Positions 52,537 through 62,708 of a stretch of DNA of 64,000 nucleotides are shown here, in pieces. Positions within the stretch are counted from its first letter, which is position 1. Each line of letters starts with the position of its first letter. Below the pieces are notes generated by a model that saw only the letters and a list, made by a program, of their open reading frames with translations, searched no databases and was not told the origin of the DNA. A program made the translations under genes and the position numbers. The stretch is taken from assembly GCA_000004985.1 (NCBI GenBank), contig GG738931.1, one strand, 5' to 3'. The stretch comes from Naegleria gruberi. Its lineage: Eukaryota.

Positions 52537-53631
52537 ATGAAACTATTCGCCAAATCTTCCACACTTGATCAAGCACCACTTGAAAGACTTTGTGATGATG
52601 AATTCCATAATATTTTTGAATATACAAACATCAAGGAGGATAGAGAAGCAAATTTTAACATTTCATTGGTGAACAAACGATTAAACAAATTGGCTTCCTC
52701 CGATTTGTATTGGAAATTCATTCTTCATCATTATCCTAATCAAGAGGAAATTAAGCAACTTTCTTCTCCTTTGAAATCCAATCTAATAGAAACAAGAAAG
52801 AAGAAATTCTTGAAATTCGATACTTCACTAATTCAATATTTATCAGCGCCTCCTTTTCTTTTATTTCTTTTACTGATTGCATTCTTATTTGTCATGTCAA
52901 TAATTTTCATTCCAGTGGCATATTTCACTTTCAAAGATTTTGTCTGTTATAGAAAGTTAATTTCCAAACAAACTATTCAATTATTTAACACTTCACCATT
53001 GAATGGAACTTGTGTTTATTGTAATGTTTCTAATAATGATCATTTGAATGAGAAATTGGATATTGTTGAGTGTAATTTCACAATGAGTGGAGATCCCCTT
53101 TCATATCCATGTTGCATGAAAGAGAAGAATTGCATCTATGACAAGTATCCACTCAACATGTCTTCTTTTCGATATGAAATACAGAGCTATGGAATTCAAA
53201 AAGGTAAAACCATGTTCAATTCCACCTATTTCTATGATTGCCTCGATATGGAATGTCAACCCAGCAAATACCAAGATTATTACACATATTGCCTCTCTCA
53301 AAAAAAACCAGGTGAATTCGAAATAGATACAATATCATTACCTATCTTGTCATTCATAATGATTGGTTGTACTGTTGTCATTGTATTGATTCCATTTCTC
53401 GCTATTATTGCTCATTATTGTTTATTGCCATTTTCAAAGAGTTTGTTTTTTTGTTTGTATTGGAGAAGTTGTTTTTCAGAGGAAATTGACAAGACACATG
53501 TGAAATTGGACACAAGAAAACGAAATGGATGTTCATCTTTCTGGTTGAGTTTGTTTTTGTGGCATTTGAATATGGCAAATGTTTACATACGTATTGAAAA
53601 GGAAGAACAAACTTCAAAAGAAGAGATTTAG
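52537..53631 (+). CDS. hypothetical membrane protein with an F-box-like N-terminus, 364 aa
   Basis: The ORF-track start (52492) is TTG; the first in-frame ATG is 52537. N-terminal LERLCDDEFHNIFEY...LYWKF. Two predicted TM helices. Cys-rich lumenal segment. Confidence 0.5.
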   Translation: MKLFAKSSTLDQAPLERLCDDEFHNIFEYTNIKEDREANFNISLVNKRLNKLASSDLYWKFILHHYPNQEEIKQLSSPLKSNLIETRKKKFLKFDTSLIQYLSAPPFLLFLLLIAFLFVMSIIFIPVAYFTFKDFVCYRKLISKQTIQLFNTSPLNGTCVYCNVSNNDHLNEKLDIVECNFTMSGDPLSYPCCMKEKNCIYDKYPLNMSSFRYEIQSYGIQKGKTMFNSTYFYDCLDMECQPSKYQDYYTYCLSQKKPGEFEIDTISLPILSFIMIGCTVVIVLIPFLAIIAHYCLLPFSKSLFFCLYWRSCFSEEIDKTHVKLDTRKRNGCSSFWLSLFLWHLNMANVYIRIEKEEQTSKEEI

Positions 53632-53774
53632 AACAATTTCTTCACCAAGATTTCATATTTAAACTCACTGAATCACTGACAGTAAAAGTCAGTAACAAAC
53701 TGTTCGTTGTTGATTGACAAGTTCAGTTCAAAACAAAATAGTTCATACCAAGCAATTAATTCTTCATCATATCA

Positions 53775-54710
53775 ATGGACAAGGATCAATTTTACGATCA
53801 GACAGTTTATTTCCACATTGTTTGTCACGACCTGAAAAACAATAAGAATTCCATCACCAAGATGGACACATTCTGTGTCCTCTCCATGGACAACAATAAT
53901 GGAGATGGTTCGAAGGAGATGGACAGAACAGAAATTCAAAAGGCCAATCACAATCCAACCTACTTGAAACCACTCTCCATTGTCAGATCATCCTATGTCC
54001 AATCGTCAGTCTCCTCCCTTACTCCTCTCACCTTTTCAATCTATCACTCCTATTTTGCCAATTATAAGGATCATGAAGATTTCTTGGGTAGGGTTTGTGT
54101 GAATATTTCCACACTTGCTCATGCAACGAATGGAGTGATTAATTTGACATTGGTGGATAAGCAGGATGTGGACGTTGGTTCCACAATTACTATTCGGTTT
54201 GAGGATAAAATTGCTTCGGATTACAAATTTGATTTACAATTTGCTGGAAGTGATTTGGCAAAAAAGGTAATTTTTCAATTTATATTACAAATGTTTTAAA
54301 TGTAAAAAATTGAAAGGATTTATTTGGAAAATCAGATCCATTCTTTACAATTTCAAGAGAAATTAATGGAAGAATTATTGATATTTACAAATCAGAAATT
54401 ATTAAAAAGAATTTGGATCCAATTTGGAGCTCTTTCAGAATGACTTTTAAGAGTTTTTGTAATGGTAATGACAATGAACAATTGAAAATGTCAGTTTATG
54501 ATTGGGATAGTGCCACTGATAGTGATTTTGTAAGTTTAGAAATTGCTTTATTTGGAAATTAATTATTTTTAGATTGGAGATTGTGTATTTACTTTCAAGG
54601 AGTTGAAAGAAATTGGATCAGGACACTTTACTCTCAAAGACGGAAAGAAATCGACTGGTAAAATTTATGTAAGAAATTTGGATTTGAGATACATGCCAAG
54701 TTCTATATAA
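53775..54710 (+). CDS. double C2-domain protein (copine N-terminal-like, no vWA domain), 3 exons 53775..54266, 54317..54529, 54573..54710 (280 aa)
   Basis: C2A with DKDQFY..FCVLSMD. C2B DLFGKSDPFFTISRE...IWSSF...MSVYDWDSATDSDF after a 50-nt GTAATT...AAAG intron. A second intron of 43 nt. Confidence 0.7.
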
Positions 54711-54787
54711 GGAGATGTTTAATTTTGAAATCCTATAATATTTATATATTCACTACAATTATAAAGATGTACATAATTTCTCTAATT

Positions 54788-57700
54788 TTACAATATTAAA
54801 TGTAGGAATGCAATCATCATTGCAATAATTTCCATAATTATTAAATTACCTGATCCGGAAACTACCATTCTAGATGATCTACTTGGTTCAATAAAAATCG
54901 AAGGACTACTGGTAACTACAACATTCTTAAACTTTCTAATGCCGGAATTTCTATCACTAACATAAATGTCGCTTGTCTTTTCATTGACAACCAATCCCCT
55001 CAATGCCATAAATGAAATATCCTTTGGATCTCTATCAGGAAGCCAGAATGATGAGGATTGATTTGGAGTTCCAGCAATAATCTTGACAATTGCCTCACTT
55101 TTAACATAAATTCTGACTAATTTATCTTCCATAATTAGAATATCACCATTTGATTTTAAAAAAAAGGAAGATATTCCTTGAAATGAAGTTTGAAGTGCTG
55201 GCATATTGTCTCCATTATATCCAGAAACATCATTTCCAACAAGTGTTCTCAAATAATATCCATTAGATTGTTGTTCAATGACTTTGATTTGAGTTGCAGT
55301 TGAGAAATAATACGAAACTTGGCCATTCGAATTAATCTTAACAGAAACTGATGAGAAATAGCCGAATTTAGTTGTATTTGTGACAGGCCCATCAGGACTT
55401 GTAGCATAATCTGAACTGAACAGCTTTCTAATCACACGAGTATTCTTGTCCATCTTGAATATATCCTGCATCGTATACAAGTATATTTCTCCATTCGAAT
55501 CGATTGTAAAATGAAATAATACAGGCAATTTGACATTTGAAGCAGCAGTATTATCAGTTATTTGGCCACAACCAGTTCCTCCAACAATCACATTGTAATT
55601 CATTGTCAATGGATCTAATTGTAAAATTCTACAAAAGTCAGCAAGATAGAGTTTCTTATCATATTTCGAATATTGAAGAGAAGATTGGGTTCTTCCTCGG
55701 AATGAGAGAAGAGGGAATGAGGTACTGGACACAATCTGTGCGAGAATCAGAGAATCTGTAAGAGAATTGATTTGCTTTGTTTTCTCATCAAACTTTTTGA
55801 TTACTGTATTTTCCAAAAAGTATACTACTCCATTTTCTTCATCCAAAGTATGAGAAAAAAGATTACCCAATGATTTTGTGGGTGGCATGCCTAAGAATAT
55901 TTGATACTGAGAATTTGAAATTTTTCCAATGTAATTTGTGGCAGTTAAATACAAATCTCCATTGTTTACAACAATATTGGTAATATGCCTTTGAAAATTG
56001 TAAGAAATATGAAAATTTAGATTGGAAACTTACAGAGCTGTTTGATCGAGTGGCTTATTTTCTCCATTATAGCCATAATAATCGAAAATATTTCCAGAAA
56101 CATTGTAAACTGGCAGTCCAGCAATTCTATTAATATTTCCATTTTCAATTTCGTATAATCTTGAAGTGTCACTAGCATAGATTTTACCATTATTTGTATG
56201 CAGTGCATAAGGTGGATAAGGGAGAGTGGTAACAAGAGTGGCATTTTCCATTTCACTCACCTTAACTTTCCAAATTTCCTGATAATTCACGAAATAAATT
56301 TGTAAAATATCATTTTCCAAATTAATAGAAATTAAAGAGGTGTGTAGTAATTCAGAATAAAAATAAATGCCATTATAGATCGCAATTGTACTGTCAAAAC
56401 TGAGTGCCAATAAACCTTCTGCAAATGATTTTCCATAAGTGGCAATTCCATATATGACAACATTTGTGTCGTAAGAAAATTTTGTAAAAACTTGACTTTC
56501 TAAATTGTAAAGAGCAAAATTATTGCTACCAGAAATTTGTATCACTATATCTCCATTTTCATAGATCCCAATTTTAGACATTTGTTGAATGTAAATTCTT
56601 GTTGGAAGAGTTTCGGTGAGCGCATTCTGTGAGCTTCCAAGTACTGTTTTGATGAGTCCATTGGATATCTTTCTTAGAATATTTGTACCCTCTACAAAGT
56701 ACAACTCATTCTTGTAGAAGAAAGTGTTAGAAACTAGATTTTCTGAATAATATTGAGATGCTGGAATAGATTCTCCAAAGGCATGATTGATTAAACCTCC
56801 AGCAATGGTAGTTACAATCTTATTGATGGTATCTACCTTTCTGATACAATTATTCTTACTATCTGCAATGTAAATAATTGAGTTCTTGACAAGAATTGAT
56901 TTAGGTCCATAAAACGAAACTTGTGAATAGGAATCATTCAAATTATCACCAGTGTAATTTCCATTCGAATCTTGACCAATGAAAAGAAGAGTATCGGATG
57001 AACCAATAGTCTTCTTTTGAATGAAATGATTTGTGTTGGAAGTTGTGTAAATTTCAGAGCCAACAACATAGATTCCATATCTGGAAAGATTAGTTTAGAT
57101 CTTGAAATTATTGTAAAACTTACAAGTTGGATTGGCCTATTCCACCATCAACTATTTTGTAATTTCCCTTGCTATCAACACTCTTCAATCTTTCTTCATC
57201 TGTAAAGTAAACAGTTTCGTCTTTTCCATTCGAAACAACATGAATATTCTTTGGAGATTGCAGAATAATGTTATGTGCATCAACCCCATCATAACTTCCA
57301 TCCAAATAACCACCTCCTGCAATAGTTGTCAAGGTTTTTGTTGTTGGATCATACTTTTTAATTAAATTATTTCCAGTATCTTCAAAGTTTCGAATAAGTA
57401 TTTAATATTAAAATAAAATTGATTGGATTAATAGACTTACCTGCAATGTAAACTAAATTATTAGCAGAAACAGCTACTCCCAATGGTTTAGAAAATGTAC
57501 CATCAATTGATGAAACTATTCCATTAGAAACTATACGAATTTTGTCATTTTGGCTATCAGCAATATACAAATTTCCATTTGGTGACATGGCAATTCCATT
57601 AGGTGAATTAAACAAACTATCCAATGCGGAATATCCATCTTTCGAATAACCAGCAAAGCCAATACCAGCAAATAAACTAATTGTTCCATTACTAAACATT

Positions 57701-57969
57701 CTAAAAATTACATGTCTACTACTGTCAGAAATAAACAAATCATCAGATTGACCAGCACAAATACCTGAAGGAGAAAGCAAGAATGCTTCTTTAGCATTAA
57801 CATTTTGCAATGTTAAATCTTTGACTAAAGGTTTCGAATAGAGAGTTTCTGATCGGTAGAAAGATGTAGAATTTGTGGCCAATGCTGGTTGTGTGGTGGT
57901 GTGAAAAGACAAACTGATAATAACACACAGAACCGCCAATCTCATACACGATAAAAGAAAGTTGGACAT
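54788..57969 (-). CDS. large secreted NHL-repeat (six-bladed beta-propeller type) protein with a hydrophobic C-terminus (possible GPI or TM anchor); 4 exons 57969..57441, 57379..57124, 57080..56034, 55988..54788 (1010 aa)
   Basis: Signal peptide MSNFLLSCMRLAVLCVIISLSF. Multiple NHL units, for example SPNGIAMSPNGNLYIADSQNDKIRIV. Introns of 61, 43 and 45 nt with GTAAGT donors. The four ORF-track pieces join in phase. Confidence 0.7.
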
Positions 57970-58220
57970 TTTTTAAAGATACGAAAAGGAATTGAAAGGT
58001 GTGTTGGAACGGATTTAGAATTTCCTTAGATGGCAAGTTAAAAATGTTTAAATACATTAAATACTTTCAAAGAAGTTTACAATATTTTTCAATACATTTT
58101 CAGAAGTATGTAAAATATTGCCGCAAATTTGAATGTAAATTTTCATCACCAAAGTCGATTGATTTAAAAAGTTCATCAAATTTCATAAAAAAATTTAAAA
58201 AAAAATAAAGAAAAATCAAG

Positions 58221-59429
58221 ATGCCACTCAAGGACGGTGATCGTATTGCATTGAATATTATCAAGGCTGTTGATCTTGTTGCTGCTGATATGAACGGAAA
58301 GTCAGATCCAGTAGGTTTTAAATAAGATGATAATAGTATTGATCTAATATTATATTTATAGTATTTAATTGTTGAAACTGTTAATAAACATGGACAAGCA
58401 GAACATCATCGTANNNNNNNNNNNNNNNNNNNNNNNNNNNNNNNNNNNNNNNNNNNNNNNNNNNNNNNNNNNNNNNNNNNNNNNNNNNNNNNNNNNNNNN
58501 NNNNNNNNNNNNNNNNNNNNNNNNNNNNNNNNNNNNNNNNNNNNNNNNNNNNNNNNNNNNNNNNNNNNNNNNNNNNNNNNNNNNNNNNNNNNNNNNNNNN
58601 NNNNNNNNNNNNNNNNNNNNNNNNNNNNNNNNNNNNNNNNNNNNNNNNNNNNNNNNNNNNNNNNNNNNNNNNNNNNNNNNNNNNNNNNNNNNNNNNNNNN
58701 NNNNNNNNNNNNNNNNNNNNNNNNNNNNNNNNNNNNNNNNNNNNNNNNNNNNNNNNNNNNNNNNNNNNNNNNNNNNNNNNNNNNNNNNNNNNNNNNNNNN
58801 NNNNNNNNNNNNNNNNNNNNNNNNNNNNNNNNNNNNNNNNNNNNNNNNNNNNNNNNNNNNNNNNNNNNNNNNNNNNNNNNNNNNNNNNNNNNNNNNNNNN
58901 NNNNNNNNNNNNNNNNNNNNNNNNNNNNNNNNNNNNNNNNNNNNNNNNNNNNNNNNNNNNNNNNNNNNNNNNNNNNNNNNNNNNNNNNNNNNNNNNNNNN
59001 NNNNNNNNNNNNNNNNNNNNNNNNNNNNNNNNNNNNNNNNNNNNNNNNNNNNNNNNNNNNNNNNNNNNNNNNNNNNNNNNNNNNNNNNNNNNNNNNNNNN
59101 NNNNNNNNNNNNNNNNNNNNNNNNNNNNNNNNNNNNNNNNNNNNNNNNNNNNNNNNNNNNNNNNNNNNNNNNNNNNNNNGGTTATTCAAAATGGTGCCAA
59201 TATCACTTCTTCATTCAAGGACTCTGATACATTCCAAGAAGTATTCCACTACAATTGGAAGTTCACCAATGCTGAGAACAAGTTGATGCAAGTTTGGTCA
59301 ATTATCTGTTTGCCATCTTCCAACACTGCTGGTATGCTTAATTTTGTCTATTATGCTGAAGATTCTCATTTCACACCTGAAAAGTTGCAAGTGGTGAACT
59401 ATTGTGCTCTCAAAACAACTGTCAAATAA
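58221..59429 (+). CDS. C2-domain protein interrupted by the 766-N assembly gap (exon 1 58221..58310, exon 2 begins 58362; C-terminal coding resumes at 59180 and stops at 59429)
   Basis: MPLKDGDRIALNIIKAVDLVAADMNGKSDP|YLIVETVNKHGQAEHHR is a C2 start, split by a 51-nt GTAGGT...ATAG intron. After the gap there is in-frame coding with typical codon usage. Confidence 0.5.
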
Positions 59430-59922
59430 GAGAAGGCACAACCTTAGTTATCTCTCCTTTTATTGTATCATTTTATTATTATACTCTCTACACAATTGTG
59501 AATTCACATCACCCCATACAAACAATACACATCATTATTTATTACTCCCCTTGTGATCTGACCTAATAAACCAATTAAGCAGCAATTCTTCCATAAGAAT
59601 GCTCCTCCATGTAGTGGCAATAAACCATCCGTAAAAAACTGGTAGCCAAGATAGCAATCAAAGTTCGATTTTATAACGACAATTCAAAAAACGGACAAAA
59701 AAAAACAAGTTGCACCTGTTCATCATAAGGCAACCTTATCAAGTCATTCCTTAATATCTCTCTCTTCATTCACTGAGTGTTTTTAAGAAGTTTAGGGAGA
59801 AGATTAAATTGTATATTATTATTATTGTTTAAAATTGTCATCATCAGAGCTGTTAATATTTAATATATAAATTGTTAAATATACAACAACGAAGGCTAAT
59901 TCGATATCTTCATTAAGGAAAT

Positions 59923-60948
59923 ATGGAATTTCTAAGAACTGTAGTTTCTAAAAAGAAGGTTAGATATACAGAGAATGGATTTAATTTGGATTTAACCTAC
60001 ATATCGGATCGTATTATAGCTATGGGATATCCATCAATAGGGGCTGAGAAGTTATATAGAAATCCACTTGATGAAGTGGTTCGATTCTTCTCAACCAATC
60101 ACCCAAAATCCTATAGGGTGTTCAATTTATGTGCTGAGAAACAATATGATCCAGCTGTGTTTGGTGGAGCTGTTGAACATTGGCCCTTCTGGGATCATCA
60201 ACCTCCTCCTTTTGAGATTCTAATCAAAATTTGTCAATCTTTGGATGAGTGGTTAAGTGGTGATCCTAAGAGAGTTGCTGCTATCCATTGTAAAGCTGGG
60301 AAAGGAAGAACAGGGTTAATTATTTCGTGTTATTTACTTCATTGTGGTATTTGTAAAACAGCAAGTGATGCTCTGAGTGTTTTTGGAGCATTGAGAACAG
60401 CCAACGCTAAGGGAGTTACATTACCCTCTCAAAAGTTATATGTACACTATTATGAAATGTGTTTGAAAGGTTTTCGTGGGCAAATCAATGTATTCCCAGT
60501 TAAGGATGGTGTTATTACATTGAAATCCATTGTCATTCACACAACTCCAAGATTCGATAGAGACAATGGTTGTGATCCATTCTTTTATATTCAAAATCAA
60601 ACATTTGAGGTTGCAGATGACGGAACCAAAGATTGCAAATATAATTTGGTTTATAACTCGAAGGAAGAATTGAAAATTCAACACTATATCAATCAACCAG
60701 CAATTGTTTTCAATAATTTAGAGATTGACTTGAAGGGAGATTTGAAATTTTCATTCTTTGATAAGGACATGTTGAACGATGAATTCATGTTCTCTTTTTT
60801 CATTAATACCAACTTTGTTGATTTGGAAACAGGTAAAGTTGTTATTCAAAAACCAGAAATGGAAGGAGCTTGCAAAGACCATAATCACAAAAAGTTTGAT
60901 GAGAACTTTTGCTGTGGAGTTGGGATTTTCTCTAAAGAGACCTGCTGA
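59923..60948 (+). CDS. PTEN: PTEN-type phosphatidylinositol-3,4,5-trisphosphate 3-phosphatase (phosphatase plus C2 domain), 341 aa
   Basis: Exact PTEN P-loop HCKAGKGRTG. The N-terminal TENGFNLDLTYISDRIIAMGYP and WPFWDHQPP (WPD-like) are PTEN-like. A C2-like C-terminal half. Confidence 0.85.
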   Translation: MEFLRTVVSKKKVRYTENGFNLDLTYISDRIIAMGYPSIGAEKLYRNPLDEVVRFFSTNHPKSYRVFNLCAEKQYDPAVFGGAVEHWPFWDHQPPPFEILIKICQSLDEWLSGDPKRVAAIHCKAGKGRTGLIISCYLLHCGICKTASDALSVFGALRTANAKGVTLPSQKLYVHYYEMCLKGFRGQINVFPVKDGVITLKSIVIHTTPRFDRDNGCDPFFYIQNQTFEVADDGTKDCKYNLVYNSKEELKIQHYINQPAIVFNNLEIDLKGDLKFSFFDKDMLNDEFMFSFFINTNFVDLETGKVVIQKPEMEGACKDHNHKKFDENFCCGVGIFSKETC

Positions 60949-61198
60949 AAGAAAACTAATGACAGAATCAATCAAAGCTGATGTTTCTAATTTTNNNNNN
61001 NNNNNNNNNNNNNNNNNNNNNNNNNNNNNNNNNNNNNNNNNNNNNNNNNNNNNNNNNNNNNNNNNNNNNNNNNNNNNNNNNNNNNNNNNNNNNNNNNNNN
61101 NNNNNNNNNNNNNNNNNNNNNNNNNNNNNNNNNNNNNNNNNNNNNNNNNNNNNNNNNNNNNNNNNNNNNNNNNNNNNNNNNNNNNNNNNNNNNNNNNN

Positions 61199-62309
61199 CA
61201 CCTGACAAATCTTGTTCCTGATTAGTAGAGTTTCCTCTTGGAGCATATGTCACAACACCAGTAAATCCAATATACAAGTTAGGGAAATGTGAAATAAGTT
61301 TTTGAGCAAATTCCAATCTATCTGTGAAACAGTGGACGTGAATCTTCCAATCTTTAGGGAGATTATCCTTCATAATTTGCAAGGCATCATCTTCTGCCTC
61401 TCTAGCATGTACTACAACTGGAAGAGAAAGAGCCACTGCATTTTGTAATTGTTTTGCAAAGCAAGCCATTTGTACTTCTTTTGGTGAATTATTGTAGTGA
61501 TAATCCAAACCACATTCACCATAGGCAACACATTTGTTTCCTGCTTCTGAAATACATTGATTAATTCTATCTTGCATCTTTTCATCATAATAAGAAGCAT
61601 TGTGTGGATGCAAACCAAATGTGACACCAATATTCAAATTCTTCATTTCTATTAAATCTCTCCACATTCCCAAACTAGAGAATGAAGTTGGATCACATTG
61701 AACACAAACAAACCCATTCATTCTTGATAATATTCTCTCAGAAAGTTCCTTATCTGTGGTATCAAAAGTTAAGGCGTTAATTAATTTCTTTTCACTTGAT
61801 GAAATTTCACCTAATTGTGCATTAAACACTCTCTGTAAAATATATTCGAAATGGACGTGAGTATCTACAAATCCCATATCTGGTGTTTCATCCAAAATTT
61901 CAACCAATTCTTTCAAGGCTTGTTTGTTATAAGCTTCAATACCTCCTTCCGAAGAAGAAGATGCACTTGTTGATGATTTACTTCCACCATTCTTATTATT
62001 TACTGGTTTTTCTGCTCTAAATCTATTAGAATTATTAGAAGAAGAAGAAGAAGAAGAAGAGCCTTGTAGTGAAGATTTAGACTGTTGATTATTATTGTAA
62101 TTTCCCTTCCTTGTTGTATTACTGGATGAAGAAGATTGAAATCCACTACCATTGACTTGACTAAATGAGAAGGACATTCTATTAAAACTATTATTATTAC
62201 TATTATTAAATAAAGAAGATGTTGCACAGAGTGGATGCTGATTATTATTCAATAAAAAACCTCGCAAGTTTGTTATCAATGAATTGTTTTTGATTATTTT
62301 TTTGATCAT
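61199..62309 (-). CDS. TatD-family metal-dependent nuclease with a ~130-aa S/N-rich N-terminal extension; the 3' end is lost in the N-gap (partial)
   Basis: ATG at 62309. TatD motifs FVDTHVHFEY, GLHPHNASYY, YGECGLDYHY and HCFTD...YIGFTG. Confidence 0.75.
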
Positions 62310-62708
62310 GAATTATTATTATTAGAATATTTAAAATTATTTCAAAGGATGATGGTGAAGTTTACAAGTGTTCAAGTTGGAAAATTACTTCAAAGCGGAA
62401 GTTGATGCTAACCGACAAGCAAGTTGTTAAATATCAATGAATTGTTTGTTGAAAAATTTTTTTTTAACAAATATTCATATCGTAAGCAAATATTCATAGT
62501 TAAAGTAAATTGATTGGGTTACATCAAAACTGATACGTAAGGTAATTTCAGACTTTTGAACATGTACAACTCTCTACCCACTCGAACTATTAAGGATAAT
62601 TTGCAGATTATTCCAAGAAGTATCCCATCTCATCTATTTCTTGCAAAATGTTCCACTCGTTTCACACTTGAGGTAATTCTATTTATTATTATATTGGAAT
62701 GTAAAATT

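Noticed and set aside
58365-59286. Long ORFs (274 and 305 aa) consisting mostly of X across the 766-N gap; also 60968-61246
   Set aside because: These are artifacts of translating N-runs. Only the flanking real sequence was interpreted.
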